A DNA stretch of 64,000 nt from a virus. Shown here piece by piece: positions 46,893 to 59,200 of this stretch. Made by a program: the position numbers and the translations under genes. How positions within the stretch are numbered: position 1 is the first letter of the stretch; each line of letters starts with the position of its first letter. The DNA lies in IMG/VR virus record IMGVR_UViG_3300034418_008158, positions 10,245 through 74,244 of that record. One strand, given 5' to 3'. A model generated the notes under the pieces. That model saw only the letters and a list, made by a program, of their open reading frames with translations, ran no database searches and had not been told where the DNA came from.

Positions 46893-48068
46893 ATGAGCAA
46901 TCAAAATCAAAGTAAGGAGTTAGACACATCTTTTATAGGATGGGAACAACAAACAGAAGAGGTGGATTTTTTCGGAACAACAACTGAAGTAAGTACGCTT
47001 ATTCCAGAAGACGAAGTACCAGCAAAACTAGATGCTGAGGAAAAAGAGCCTTCTGAAAAACCAAAATCTGAAACACCAGAAGAAGATTCATTCTTTGGTG
47101 TAGAAGAAGAACCAGAAAAACCTTTTTCACATGCTGAAGAGGAGGAAGAGGAGGAGAGAGAGGAAGAGATTCCTGATGAAGAAGAGGAAGAAGGAAGTTC
47201 TGGACACATTGGAGCATTAAACCTTTTAAAAGAAAAAGGTCTTTTAGATTACGAGTTAGAAGAAGGAGAAGAGCTGACTGAAGAAAAAGCTGCTGCTTTT
47301 ATTGAAGATAACTATGAAGCTAGTATTGAAGAGAGAGTAGGAGAGCTATTTCAAGAACTGCCCCAGGTAGTTAAAGACCTGAATAAGTTTGTTTTAGATG
47401 GTGGTGATATTCGATCTTTTCTTGGTTCTTTTGTAAAAGATTCTGGAGTTAGTTCTGACATGGACATATCTCAAGAAGCTAATCAAGAACTTGTAATGAG
47501 AAATGCTTTGAAAGAAGAAGAGTACGATGATGACTACATTGAGACTCATATTGAATTCCTTAAAGACACTAAAAAACTTGAGAAGTTTGCAAAGGCAAAG
47601 CTTGAGAAGAAAAAAAAGGAAGAAGATAAAGCAAGGGAAGCTATGGTTAAACAGCAAGAAGCTGCTAAGCAAGCTCAAAAAGAAACCCTTAGAAAGTTAA
47701 AATCCTCTGTAACAAGTAATCTAAAAGAGATTAATGATGTAGAGGGCATACCTTTAACTAAAGCTGACAAGAAAGATTTACCATCTTATATGGTAGATAG
47801 AAACGTTAAACTAGATAATGGTGGTAGTATTACTGCTATGCAAATGGATTTGATGGAAGCTTTAAAGGATGAAAAGAAAGCCTTATTTATTGCTAAACTA
47901 CTTAAAACTGATTTTGATTTGTCCACTATACAGGCCAAAGCTCAAACTGAAGTTACTAAGAAAGTTAAGGATGGGATAAGACGAAATAAGAAAGACACGA
48001 AGAATGTGAGATCAACAGGTAGTGGGGCAACCTCTGCTGGCAAGAAATCACTTTCTGATTATTTTTAG
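46893..48068 (+). CDS. capsid scaffolding-like acidic protein
   Basis: Glu-rich N-terminus and coiled coils; between portal and MCP. Confidence 0.7.
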   Translation: MSNQNQSKELDTSFIGWEQQTEEVDFFGTTTEVSTLIPEDEVPAKLDAEEKEPSEKPKSETPEEDSFFGVEEEPEKPFSHAEEEEEEEREEEIPDEEEEEGSSGHIGALNLLKEKGLLDYELEEGEELTEEKAAAFIEDNYEASIEERVGELFQELPQVVKDLNKFVLDGGDIRSFLGSFVKDSGVSSDMDISQEANQELVMRNALKEEEYDDDYIETHIEFLKDTKKLEKFAKAKLEKKKKEEDKAREAMVKQQEAAKQAQKETLRKLKSSVTSNLKEINDVEGIPLTKADKKDLPSYMVDRNVKLDNGGSITAMQMDLMEALKDEKKALFIAKLLKTDFDLSTIQAKAQTEVTKKVKDGIRRNKKDTKNVRSTGSGATSAGKKSLSDYF

Positions 48069-48108
48069 AATATATTAACACTTAAATTTTTAAATCTTAA
48101 ATTAAATT

Positions 48109-49566
48109 ATGGCAACTCTTGGAAGTAGATTAATTACAAAGGAAATGGAATGGAGTGCTAACATGACAGAGCAATCCCACTTGGGAAGAGCTTTGCTTGC
48201 CAAGCCCCACAAATTCCTAGACAAGATGGATCAGTTATTTTCTGCATCAAACTACTACTCTGACAATCCAATGTCAAGTATGTTGATGGGTAACAAGAAA
48301 ACTGAAGAAACCATTGCAGCTACAGAATGGGAATGGGATTTGAAAGGAGCTAACACTAGACCACTTGTAGTGGTAGAGAATGTTGTTCCTGTTTCAGATA
48401 CAACCCCAGGCGCATTTCGTAGAAATTTTAAAATCAAATTGGATGAAAACTGGTACGTAGCTGGTGATGTTATCACTCCTGGTACATCAAGCAAAAGATA
48501 CCAGTGTAGAATTATGGAAGAGCCACGAAGACATGGTGATGGATGGTTATATACTGTTCGATTAATGTCTGATGACAGTTCTTTTTCTTTACCTGTAACT
48601 TACTTAACTCCTGGAACTCAGTGGGCTAAGTTGTTCTCACAGTACGAAGAAGCTGCTGAACAGTCAGGTTCTACTCAGTACAGCTTACCAATCTCTCTTA
48701 GAAATAAGATGGGTAAATTCCGTAAGAAGTACAAAGTAACTGACTATGCTTCAACTGAAGTACTTGCAGTAAAAGTACCTGATTCAAAAGGAGCTTTTCA
48801 CGATTCTTGGATTCGTTACGCTGAAGTTGAATATTGGCAACAGTGGTACAGAGAATTAGAAAGAGGATATTGGTATTCTCGTTCTACTGATACTGTAATT
48901 GGAGCCAATGGAAGACCTGTTAGATCAGGCCCAGGTATTCAAGAGCAACTTGAAGACTCACACATCCACCGTTATTCTCACTTGACTACTAAACTTATTG
49001 AGGAGTATCTTATGGATATTTTTTACTCAAGAGTTAAGCCAGGTCAAGGAAGAAGTATCAAAGGCTTTACTGGTGAATATGGAATGTTACAATTCCACAG
49101 AGCTATCCAAAATTGGGTAAACAGTTCAGGGTTCATTAAGAACGTTGAGGTTTATACTAATAAGGTTAAATCTGAGTACCACTCAAATGCACTAGAAGCA
49201 GGAATGCAGTATGTAAGATACAACATGGCTAATGGTTCAAGCTTAGAGCTTATCCATAACCCATTGTATGATGACAGAGAGATCAACTTTGAGATTGATC
49301 CTGTAACAGGTTTCCCTGTTGAGTCACAACGTATCACTTTCATGGACTTCTCTGGTGATGGAAACAAATCAAACATCAAACTTATCAATAAGAAAGATGG
49401 TTTTGCTTTCACTTACATTGAAGGTCTTTATGGCCCATATGGCCCTAAGAATGGAGGTAGCTCTGCACACTCTGGTTCTTACTATGAGATGCACGTTGAG
49501 AAGTCTTGTGGACTTCATATACAAGACATCACTAAATGTGGTGAATTGATCTTATCTCGAAATTAA
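48109..49566 (+). CDS. major capsid protein
   Basis: 485 aa after scaffold; crAss-like MCP patterns (GPGIQEQL, TGEYGMLQF, HNPLYDD); hairpin follows at 49578-49606. Confidence 0.88.
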   Translation: MATLGSRLITKEMEWSANMTEQSHLGRALLAKPHKFLDKMDQLFSASNYYSDNPMSSMLMGNKKTEETIAATEWEWDLKGANTRPLVVVENVVPVSDTTPGAFRRNFKIKLDENWYVAGDVITPGTSSKRYQCRIMEEPRRHGDGWLYTVRLMSDDSSFSLPVTYLTPGTQWAKLFSQYEEAAEQSGSTQYSLPISLRNKMGKFRKKYKVTDYASTEVLAVKVPDSKGAFHDSWIRYAEVEYWQQWYRELERGYWYSRSTDTVIGANGRPVRSGPGIQEQLEDSHIHRYSHLTTKLIEEYLMDIFYSRVKPGQGRSIKGFTGEYGMLQFHRAIQNWVNSSGFIKNVEVYTNKVKSEYHSNALEAGMQYVRYNMANGSSLELIHNPLYDDREINFEIDPVTGFPVESQRITFMDFSGDGNKSNIKLINKKDGFAFTYIEGLYGPYGPKNGGSSAHSGSYYEMHVEKSCGLHIQDITKCGELILSRN

Positions 49567-49651
49567 TACTTTGGAATGTGGGTAAGTTTTCGTAACTTGC
49601 CCACATCTAAGTTTTCTGAATTTTTATCATCAAAATCAAAAAAGAAATATT

Positions 49652-50443
49652 ATGAAAGTAGAAGTAAGGCCAATAGAAAGAAAGACTTGGCATGGAAAAA
49701 CAGGAGCAGAGAATTTTAAGAGACCAATCAAAATAAAAGCTTTGGTTGATGCTGCCAATATGGAATATGCTTCAGGATTAAGTCCTGAAGAAGTTGAAAA
49801 ATATGGCAAACTTTTAAATCAGAATTTAAACCCAAGTTATAATCCTGGAGAACCACATGAATTTTGGGACTCCTCACTTGGTACAATTAGTCTTGAAAAT
49901 GCAACTATGTTCTTTGATAGTACAAAGACTATGGATTTTATTAAAGTTAGAATTATGAAAGCAAGTAAATATGTTGCTAATTCTATGAGTGAGTACGAAA
50001 AAGGTTTATGGCCTGAAGCTACTCATGTTATCTTTGATGAATCAGAAGAGGTTGCTGTTAAGGCGAAGAAAGTAGAACTAAAGAAACAAGCAGTAATTCA
50101 ATCTGCAAACTTATCAAAGGATAAGAAGATTGAATTAATCTTAATTTTATCTGGTAAAAATCTAAAAGGTAAGTCAGACAATTTTGTAGAAGTTGAACTT
50201 GATAAACTTGTAGATAAACAAGCCAGAGAAGTAGTAAGACACATTGGTATGGATTCTGAAGATGCAACGCTACATGCTGTTGTTATAGAAGCTTTACAAA
50301 AAAGTGTACTTAGAAAAGTAGGACATAAAGTACTTTATCATGACCATGTAATAGGTAGTGATGAATTAGATGTAGTTGCCTACTTAAAAGACTCAGAAAA
50401 CCAAGACTTAAAGTTGAGGATTATGAGTGCAATTAATAACTAA
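49652..50443 (+). CDS. conserved structural-module protein
   Basis: 263 aa directly after MCP. Confidence 0.6.
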   Translation: MKVEVRPIERKTWHGKTGAENFKRPIKIKALVDAANMEYASGLSPEEVEKYGKLLNQNLNPSYNPGEPHEFWDSSLGTISLENATMFFDSTKTMDFIKVRIMKASKYVANSMSEYEKGLWPEATHVIFDESEEVAVKAKKVELKKQAVIQSANLSKDKKIELILILSGKNLKGKSDNFVEVELDKLVDKQAREVVRHIGMDSEDATLHAVVIEALQKSVLRKVGHKVLYHDHVIGSDELDVVAYLKDSENQDLKLRIMSAINN

Positions 50444-51144
50444 TGACTTCAAGAGACATGGCTTATGATGTTAAGACGAAACTTAACAAAGTAGATAGCC
50501 AACAGTATCGTAACCTTAGAGTACCAGAAATAGATTGGGCTTTAAACGCAGGGCAGGAAATCTTTATCAAGATGGTAGCTTTCCCTCGTTATGCAACACG
50601 CTTAGGTTTTGAAAGAGTTCAAAGAAACACTGACGATATTAGAACTCTTGTAGTACCAAGTGGTGATTTAGTTCCAGTGAGTAATGTAGCAACATTGCCT
50701 GGAGACTATTGGCATTACCTGGGAGGTACAGTTAAGATGACAAAACAAAACTGTACTAATATACAAGCAAACATTAAGATTAGACAACATGATGATGAAT
50801 TTGAGTCTAGTCCTTTTGATAAATCTTCCTTTGAATGGAGAACTGTTAATGCAGTTTTTGATGCACAAGGATTGCGTTTTTACACTGATGGTACATTTAC
50901 TATTGATACTTGCAACTTTGACTATGTTAGGCATCCAGCCTATATTCATAATGCTCAAGATGTTGTAGGTGGAAATTATAATTTACCTTCGGGTGTGAAT
51001 CTTACTGGATTTCAAAACTGCGAATTACCAGAGGAGACACATCGAGAAATTGTAGATATTGCAGTTTTATTGGTAACGGGTCAATTACAAATTCCTGATT
51101 ATCAAGTTAAACTACAGAATCTAAATTTAAATAATTTAAACTAA
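50443..51144 (+). CDS. head-tail connector/ring protein
   Basis: EIDWALN.GQ, YVRHP, CELPEETHREIVDIAV. Confidence 0.7.
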   Translation: MTSRDMAYDVKTKLNKVDSQQYRNLRVPEIDWALNAGQEIFIKMVAFPRYATRLGFERVQRNTDDIRTLVVPSGDLVPVSNVATLPGDYWHYLGGTVKMTKQNCTNIQANIKIRQHDDEFESSPFDKSSFEWRTVNAVFDAQGLRFYTDGTFTIDTCNFDYVRHPAYIHNAQDVVGGNYNLPSGVNLTGFQNCELPEETHREIVDIAVLLVTGQLQIPDYQVKLQNLNLNNLN

Positions 51145-51151
51145 AAGAATT

Positions 51152-52372
51152 ATGTCACAAAACAATGATGTATTCAAAGTCCTGGTTTCAAGTGGGAATC
51201 AAGCGATTCTTCCAGCAGGACAAGCCATCAGCACTATAGCTGTTGGTCAAATTGGTTTCTTCGATGCAGAGACTAACCTCTCTATTCAAACCGCTACTAG
51301 AAATTGGTTTCTAGCTGTAGGTTTAGATACAGATGGTGATGCTGTAATGGATGCTGTTGGGGTATCAGCAGGTCAAAACATCCAAACAAGAAACATTAGA
51401 GCAGTAAGCTTTAGAGGCCACACTGCACCTCAGCCTATGATAGTCGAAGTTACTGACTACTCTGCTGATTGTGATACTGACTATGCAGTTAAAGTAGAAT
51501 TCCGTAATCAGGAAATTTACCGAAGACAAGGGTATAATCAGTTCACTAAAACTTACACTGTAAGAACTGCTTGCTGTGAAGATTGTGCAACTTGCCCTAG
51601 TGGTGATGCCAATGAAATCACAAGCTTGTTAGTCACTGAAATCGAAAACGATGAAAGTGGAATCTTAACTGTGGATAGAATTGCAAGACAAACTCTTACA
51701 ATTGTTACTCATGGTACTGTTGCAGATTACGCTGCTGGTGATGTTATCACTGAAGCAGATTTAACTGCAATGATTGCTTTTAACGCTGTACAGCCAGATG
51801 AAACCACTAAAGTATTTAGTGATCTTCGTTTGACTACTGTTGAGCTTGCAATCAGAAACTTCTGTAATGTGAACTTGAAATACTACAAGCCACGCCAAAC
51901 TGTTGCTATCGTTTCTCTAGTAGAAGGATTTGACTGTAATGGCACTGTTACTGTAACTCAAGAAGTTGCATATGAAGAAGGTAGTGGATATGACATCAAG
52001 CAAAAAGAGTTTCACTCTGGAGGTTGGGATAATAACCCTGGCCCTTACGTATTATCTGAAGCTACAGGTATGGCTAAAGACATTAACTACAATGCTGTAG
52101 CAGCTACTCCTTATGATCAATTTATTTTGACTTATGGACATAGTTACCAAGCAGGGTGGGCTGAAGGTCAACTTGATGACTTATGTACTATTGTTGCAAT
52201 CCCTGAAGCTAGTACTGTTACAAGAGATGCCTTTGTTGGTGTTCTTGACTTAATGGTAGCTGGTTTAGGATTTGATGAACTTACATCTGATGTTGCCGTT
52301 GTTAGTGCAGTATCTACTGTTGTTGAACCTACTACTGATTTTGATGATGTTGATAATGATGGTATAGCCTAA
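51152..52372 (+). CDS. structural protein (auxiliary capsid/stabilisation candidate)
   Basis: 406 aa, codon bias similar to MCP, EGSGYDI..KE motif. Confidence 0.6.
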   Translation: MSQNNDVFKVLVSSGNQAILPAGQAISTIAVGQIGFFDAETNLSIQTATRNWFLAVGLDTDGDAVMDAVGVSAGQNIQTRNIRAVSFRGHTAPQPMIVEVTDYSADCDTDYAVKVEFRNQEIYRRQGYNQFTKTYTVRTACCEDCATCPSGDANEITSLLVTEIENDESGILTVDRIARQTLTIVTHGTVADYAAGDVITEADLTAMIAFNAVQPDETTKVFSDLRLTTVELAIRNFCNVNLKYYKPRQTVAIVSLVEGFDCNGTVTVTQEVAYEEGSGYDIKQKEFHSGGWDNNPGPYVLSEATGMAKDINYNAVAATPYDQFILTYGHSYQAGWAEGQLDDLCTIVAIPEASTVTRDAFVGVLDLMVAGLGFDELTSDVAVVSAVSTVVEPTTDFDDVDNDGIA

Positions 52373-52404
52373 AGGCTTGCCATCTTATCTTTTAATCTAA
52401 TCAA

Positions 52405-53019
52405 ATGATTGTATTAAACAATATAGGACTAAATGGTGATGCTACCTCAATAGAGGTAGCAATCACTATTCCTTTTGGAGAGAGTTATTCTACTGCAAGG
52501 CTTTGGACTTCTGATAAGTATAAAACAACTTCAGGGGCTATTGATATTATATCTTACTTCCCAGGAGGGGCTCAGTTTGCTACAAATAATCTTAGCATAC
52601 CTGTCTCTGCTATTGGTGAGACTACTTTTAATGGTGTTTTTTATATTGAAATCACAACTGCAATAGGGGAGCTTGAAGGGTCAACTACTGAGTTTGCAAT
52701 AAGCAACTTAACAGTTTACAATACTTGTATCTTAGATAAGGTACTTCAGGTTGATATTATTAACTGTGTACCTACTGTAACTACGGATTGTCAAAATCTG
52801 GTTAGTTCACAAATAACTTTTATAAACACAATGCTTGAAAGTTTAGAGTATGCTCTATTACAGGGAGACTTATTATCTGCCCAATACATAGAGTTACAAC
52901 TACAAAAACTTTGTACAGATGATTGTGGATGTACTCAAACAGAAAATGCTGTATATCTAACTGGTACTTATCTCGAAGATGATGTAGTAGTAAGTGGAAT
53001 ATTCCCAATTATACCTTAA
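52405..53019 (+). CDS. putative tail ring/hub protein
   Basis: Position in module; LQKLC..DCGC motif. Confidence 0.5.
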   Translation: MIVLNNIGLNGDATSIEVAITIPFGESYSTARLWTSDKYKTTSGAIDIISYFPGGAQFATNNLSIPVSAIGETTFNGVFYIEITTAIGELEGSTTEFAISNLTVYNTCILDKVLQVDIINCVPTVTTDCQNLVSSQITFINTMLESLEYALLQGDLLSAQYIELQLQKLCTDDCGCTQTENAVYLTGTYLEDDVVVSGIFPIIP

Positions 53020-53029
53020 ATAAGTAATA

Positions 53030-53239
53030 ATGGAAACTACCTTAAAAAATGTACTCTGCGAGATTACAAGGATGAAAATACTTGGATCAAATATTGACTC
53101 AGAAGCAATAAATTTCTTATCTTTGTTGAAGAAGTATGAGACCTATATATTAGATAATTCTTTGACTGATACTTATGGAGATAAAATAAATAAGCTGATC
53201 TTCCAAATGGAAAGTAAATGCTGTAAAATAACTACTTAA
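53030..53239 (+). CDS. small structural-module protein
   Basis: 69-aa ORF. Confidence 0.55.
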   Translation: METTLKNVLCEITRMKILGSNIDSEAINFLSLLKKYETYILDNSLTDTYGDKINKLIFQMESKCCKITT

Positions 53240-53251
53240 AATAAAACTATT

Positions 53252-53956
53252 ATGAATATTAAAAATATGAGCTTATTAGGTAAAATTGATTGGCTCATTA
53301 AACAAATTAATGGGCTATCTAATCAAGTCTTTCCTCCTGCTTATTATCCAACAGCATCCTTTGCAGGGACAGTATCTACTGTTGGCGGTACTAAAAATGT
53401 TGTAGGTGTAGGAACTGCTTTTTCACCAGCACACGTAGATACTAGAGTTATGATTGAGGGAGAATTACACAGAATAAAGACAGTTACAGATGCCACTAAC
53501 TTGGCTACTTATGATAATATTGTAGGAACATATAGTGGAGTTCCTATGTTAAAAAATGCTCCTCCATTAGTAGTTTATGAAGGTAGAGTTGGTATAGCTA
53601 ATCCTACTCCTGGAGCTAGTTTAGTATTGGATGTAGTTGGTAATTCACAATTTTCAGGAAATACTTCCTTTAATGGTGGTGTGGCATTTTTCCTAAGCAC
53701 AGGTGCATCATTTTTAAATGGTGCTTATACAACATTGATACGAGTTGATGGAACTAATGAACGTGTTGGAATTTTATCACCTAGTCCACAAACATCATTA
53801 GATGTAGGCTTTGGTAATATTAGAATGGCTTCTCCTGATGTACCTGCAACTGCTACTTCTACGGGTGTGGTTGGAGAAATGGCTTGGGATGCAAATTATA
53901 TATATCAGTGTGTTGCTACAGATTCTTGGAAAAGGTCTGCAATAGCAGTTTGGTAA
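53252..53956 (+). CDS. tail fibre-like protein, paralog 1
   Basis: GRVGI..P...LDV fibre repeats; GEMAWDANYIY.C...WKR C-terminus. Confidence 0.75.
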   Translation: MNIKNMSLLGKIDWLIKQINGLSNQVFPPAYYPTASFAGTVSTVGGTKNVVGVGTAFSPAHVDTRVMIEGELHRIKTVTDATNLATYDNIVGTYSGVPMLKNAPPLVVYEGRVGIANPTPGASLVLDVVGNSQFSGNTSFNGGVAFFLSTGASFLNGAYTTLIRVDGTNERVGILSPSPQTSLDVGFGNIRMASPDVPATATSTGVVGEMAWDANYIYQCVATDSWKRSAIAVW

Positions 53957-53971
53957 TTAAATAAAACTATT

Positions 53972-54688
53972 ATGAATATTAAAAACATGAATCTATTAGC
54001 TAAAATTGATTGGTTAATTAAACAAGTTAATGGATTATCTAATCAAATTTTTCCCCCTGCTTATTATCCAATAACTATAGCTGGGACAGTATCTACTGTT
54101 GGCGGTACTAAAAATGTTATTGGTGTAGGCACTAGTTTTACTAGCGAACTTATTCTAGGTCAATCCATTGAAATTAATGGAGAACTTCAGAATATAGCAG
54201 ATATTACAGATGATACTAATCTTATTACCACTAATAATATTGTAGGAACATATAGTGGAGTACCTCTTGTGATAAATTCTCCTCCTTTGTCTGTAACATC
54301 TATAGGTGTAGGTATTGGAATGATTAATCCTGGTGTAGCATTAGACATTGTAGGAGGTGTGAGAATTCAAGGTAATCCCCTTATAGATGGTACATCTACT
54401 TTTCGTGGGAATGCTAATTTTTTCCTAAACACAAATGCAGTATTTTTAAATTCTGTTTATACAACAGTTCTTAAAATTGATGCAACAGAGGCTCGAATTG
54501 GGATTAATACACCTAGTCCAACAGCAGTACTTGATATTAATGCTGATACGATGAGATTGAGAACTGCTAAAACTCCTGCAAGTGCTGGTGCTAGTGGCAC
54601 TCAGGGTGATATATCGTGGGATGCAAATTATGTTTATGTGTGCGTTGCTACAGATACTTGGAAAAGGTCTGCAATAGCAACTTGGTAA
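53972..54688 (+). CDS. tail fibre-like protein, paralog 2
   Basis: Tandem paralog of 53252-53956. Confidence 0.75.
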   Translation: MNIKNMNLLAKIDWLIKQVNGLSNQIFPPAYYPITIAGTVSTVGGTKNVIGVGTSFTSELILGQSIEINGELQNIADITDDTNLITTNNIVGTYSGVPLVINSPPLSVTSIGVGIGMINPGVALDIVGGVRIQGNPLIDGTSTFRGNANFFLNTNAVFLNSVYTTVLKIDATEARIGINTPSPTAVLDINADTMRLRTAKTPASAGASGTQGDISWDANYVYVCVATDTWKRSAIATW

Positions 54689-54703
54689 TTAAATAAATTA
54701 ACT

Positions 54704-56212
54704 ATGGCTGATAAAACAATTCTTAATACGCTGTTTAAAATACAATGTCAACTTAATTCTCTAAAGGAGAGTGTAAAAGAAAAGCTTGGAACAAATACTT
54801 TAGTAGTTTCTACTGAAGGTAGTGATGGCATTGCAAGAGGGGATGATCACATGCCCTATAAAACCTTATTAAAGGCTGCACAAACTTCTTCTCCTGGTGA
54901 CACTATAATAGTAATGCCAGGGACTTATGAAATCTATTTAGACTCTACTGTAGATGTAGAAAGTAGAACTCTTGTCCCTCACTCTGATATTACTTGGGCT
55001 TTTTCCCCAGGAGTAACAATTAACATTGATGGAGATGGTGGATCATCTCTTTTTTGTAATTTAGAGAATGGAGGAACTTGGAGAGAAGGCTCTCTTAAAA
55101 TTTTAGGTAAGCCTGATATAAATGTGGTTTCTGGTGTAGGAGACTATCAAGGAGTTATTCAATTCCTTTCTGAAAAAGAAGGTGTCCTAGTAGCAGACTT
55201 AGGAAGATGTGCAGCAGTAGAACTTAATAATATTAGAGTATTTAGTGTAAGTTCTAAATATACTGATGTTAGCGTTAGTTCAACAAAGAATAATTTTAGA
55301 AATGAAGATTTACTTACCTATGTAGGAATGGCAACAGGAGCTTGGCAAAATTACCATATTAGAAATATGGAAGCTTCTGATCATCCAACTTGGGCGCAAG
55401 GAATCTCTACGAGTCTTGGAGCATTTGATCATAGTAACATAAATTGTAAAATTCATGTAGAAAATTACACCTTAGAAAGTACTCATGACCAAGCTGTAGG
55501 TTCGTTTTTGTTTGGGCAAGGAGGGCAAATGTCTAATATAAATCTTCATTGGGTATTTGATAACTTTTATTCTACTGCTCCTATAACTGGTTACTTGGTT
55601 CCTTATGCGTTTAACAATAATGGTAGAAAGCCTTGTCTTTTTAATTGGAATGGAGGAAGAAGTGCTACTAGATTTACTGACTCTTCTTTATTGTTCGAAG
55701 TTAATAATGCAATACTGGATCACCATCTATTTGTTTTAGGTAGTGAAGGTATTATTCTTACAAATAGCTCTGCCACTTTTAAAGGTAATAATACTAAAAT
55801 TACCACTACTGATACTGCTATTGCTATTAGTGATGCAGGAGAAGCATGGGTTTCATTAACTTTAGAGAGTAACTCAAGACTTATCTTTAAAGATTTTCAT
55901 ATTGTTTGTACTAATTCTCATTGTGTAGACATTGATGAACGGAATGTCATTGATGCAACTTCTTTTATTGTCTTTGATAACTGTACCTTTGAAACACAAA
56001 GAGCAGGATCAAGTGCTATTGAAACAAGAGAACCAAACTTAATCTTTAAGAATTGTACTTTTATTACTGATGGAGTAGCTGCTTCGATTAATACAGATTT
56101 AGCAGGGCCAGTTGCCATAAGATATTATGGAACAAACTTGGCTAATGTTGCAGCAAACGCAGCTTTTGTTCCTGTAGTTGGGGCTTTAACTGTAGATGCT
56201 CAAACAGTGTAA
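54704..56212 (+). CDS. beta-helix (pectin-lyase-like) tail spike
   Basis: VVSTEGSD...PYKTL..A....PGDTIIVMPGTY; FDNCTF/FKNCTF repeats. Confidence 0.7.
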   Translation: MADKTILNTLFKIQCQLNSLKESVKEKLGTNTLVVSTEGSDGIARGDDHMPYKTLLKAAQTSSPGDTIIVMPGTYEIYLDSTVDVESRTLVPHSDITWAFSPGVTINIDGDGGSSLFCNLENGGTWREGSLKILGKPDINVVSGVGDYQGVIQFLSEKEGVLVADLGRCAAVELNNIRVFSVSSKYTDVSVSSTKNNFRNEDLLTYVGMATGAWQNYHIRNMEASDHPTWAQGISTSLGAFDHSNINCKIHVENYTLESTHDQAVGSFLFGQGGQMSNINLHWVFDNFYSTAPITGYLVPYAFNNNGRKPCLFNWNGGRSATRFTDSSLLFEVNNAILDHHLFVLGSEGIILTNSSATFKGNNTKITTTDTAIAISDAGEAWVSLTLESNSRLIFKDFHIVCTNSHCVDIDERNVIDATSFIVFDNCTFETQRAGSSAIETREPNLIFKNCTFITDGVAASINTDLAGPVAIRYYGTNLANVAANAAFVPVVGALTVDAQTV

Positions 56213-56230
56213 TAACTTAAAATAAATATA

Positions 56231-59200
56231 ATGGCTGGATTCTTTCCAACAAATAGTGTGCAAGATCAAATCCTTTGGTTAAAAAAACAACTTCTTTGTG
56301 TAAAAGATTGTTGTGATGGAAACGTGGAGGCTATTACTATAATTAATAATACCCTAATCTCTATTGAGAATGGTATGATTACTTATGTAACTGATTTAAC
56401 AGATGCAGAAATCCTGGCTCTATCAGGAGTGGATATACAAACCTTTTATCAATCCACTGATACTAATACAATGTATTATGTCAATCAGGCTGGAGACCCT
56501 GTAGTATTTCATCCTGATGATTTAGATATTAGTTACTTTGAAAGAAGAGCCACTATTGAGTTTATTTCTGAAGGTATTACAGATGTAGCAGGAAGTTATG
56601 ATGACTTTAGAGATACTGACTTAGCTGCTATTTCTAGAGACTATATGAACATGCCTTCTATTATTCAACATAATCAGACAGGACTTATATACTCTATCTT
56701 TAGAGCTGGAACTAATCATAGTTTTTTTAACGACTCTTATATCATAATGAGAGTATCACATGATGGTGGAGAAACTTGGACTGATTTAGCTAATACTGCT
56801 GGAACAGGTAATTATGATATTATTCTTGATGGAAGTGGTGTAGGTGGATGGGATGCTAATGCAATTATTGTAACTCCTAGTGGTAGACTAGTTATCTTCA
56901 CTAGGTACTTTAATGCAGGTAATACATATGTTGAAAATCAAACGTATTACTCAGATGATGGTGGTGCTACATGGACACAATCTCCTACACCTTGGGCCCT
57001 TAACAGTCTTGGATATGTTTATGGTAATGAGACTGTTGAAATCCCCAATGGTGGGATACTTATATCATACAGAGATATACAAGCAGATAGATATATAAGA
57101 GTTGCAGAATCTTTTGATGATGGATTAACATGGACAGTTAGATCAACTATGTTAGATAACTCAGATAGAGGTTGGAACTTTGGTGAAACAGTATTACAGG
57201 ATTATGGTGGTGGAAGAATTGTAGCTCTTACTAGGTTTTCATCAGACAATGATGACTCTGAACATTACCCATTTATCTGTGTATCTCATGATTATGGTTT
57301 AACTTGGGCAGGAGATCATGAGACCCTAAATTTTGATGATATACAAAATGGAAGATATGGATCAGGGTTTTTAAAGCTTGAGGGAGTAGGAGTCAGTTTA
57401 GGTGGCCCAATTGCTAACACCAGTTGTTTACCTTATTGCCAAAGAGCAGACTACCTGGGGAAACAGTATATGGTGATTGTTTACCACATTAGAGAACTTC
57501 CTAATACAGGGCAATTAAAAGTAACTATTATAGACCTTGATAGATGGTTAACATTGGGTCAAGATGCTATTGATCCCACTCTACCTGTATTTATTCTGGC
57601 TACTTCTCCTGAAGGACTAGTTTATGATGTAGAAGGTAATCATTCTTTTATTGTTAGTGGTAAGTACAATTTTAATAGGTTAATTGGAATTACATCAGCA
57701 GCAAGTGGAGGTTCTTCTAGTGGGCCCCAACAAATTCATTACTATAATTATAAGGGTGTAAAAGCTTTGATAGATACTTATGAAGGAATTGTTGCACCTT
57801 TAGCTGACAATCTAGGAAACCATATTATGACTCAAAACTTAGAGACTAGTGGATTCTGGATTTGTAATGATGGAGATAATGAAGGAATCTATGTTGAAAC
57901 TAATGGTGATATTGGTTTTGGTCAAGGAACTCCAACAGAAGCAGTCCATTTAGGGGCAGGAAAAAATATATTATTAGATCAAGGAAATTTAACTTTAGAT
58001 GATGGGCAAGTTTCTGTAACAGGTTCTAATACTTCAGTTGCAGATTATAACCTAGTAGATTTAACTTTTACAGTAGCTCCAAGTGCAGCTCAATCTATAA
58101 TAGATGAAAATAAAATACTGAATTCTGCACTTACTACTTCAGGAGCTAACACTATTGGGGTACTTAGAAATTACTCTAACCTTACAACTTTAGGACATAC
58201 TGGTTCTGTACTTGGGTATAATGGTGTAGAACAAATTCTTTATCCCACTGGTGTTGGAAGTTTACTAGGACAATCTTCAAACTTTATAAGTGATATGTAC
58301 CTGGAATTTGCCCCTATAGGGTGGTCAGCACAAGTGCTTAATGGCTTTAGGTCTTATATGAGATTTGGGGCAGAAGGGACTATTGCAGATGCTAATGGTT
58401 TAATCGTTGAAATGATTCATGGCATAGCAGGTGGATTTACAGGACAAAATATAACAGGTCTTAGGATAACTAATGTAGATGCAGGATTATCATCAGGCTC
58501 TTGGCAAAATCGTTATGGTATTCTTATTGAAGATACAATTAATGATATAGGAGTAGCATTTGAGGATTTTACAATCAAATCATTAAATACAAAAGATAGT
58601 CAGTTTGCTGGCTTACTTAAATATGCAAGTGATCTTTCAGGGTCTTATGATAATAGGACTTTAGTAGATAAAGAGTATGTAGATACTCTAGGTGGTTCTG
58701 TAGCAAGTCTTTATAATATTTCTGGAGCTTTAGGAGTTAATACAACTCTTCCTGATGGGGGTTTTGATTTAAACTTTACAGGCACAGGAAATAGGGCCCA
58801 TACATCAGCTACTTTTGTTAATACAACAACAGGAGCTTCTAATAGTGCAGTAGGTACATTTGGAACTACAGGTGCATGGAAATGGGGAGCAGGAGGATTT
58901 ACAGATTCAGTTAATGCAGGGTTTAATATTGTTAATGAAGAAACTGGTATTACAGAGAATGTAATGTCATTCCTTAACTCAGGAGCATCTTCAATATTTA
59001 ATGTTAAGACAACAAGACTTGCAGATAATTACATAAATCAAATTACTGTAAATACTAGTTTTATAACTCTTTCTTCTGATGATGGCAGTAACTCAGCATC
59101 CTTAATTGTAGATGGATTAATATCTCCTAGGATTGCAGGAACAATAACTGATGGTACTGATTCAGGACAATTTTATGTAAAGCCTTTAGAAGCTTTACTT

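Noticed and set aside
53252-54688. DGR or invertible shufflon at the duplicated fibre genes
   Set aside because: No reverse transcriptase or recombinase; differences are not adenine-specific; copies are direct and intact
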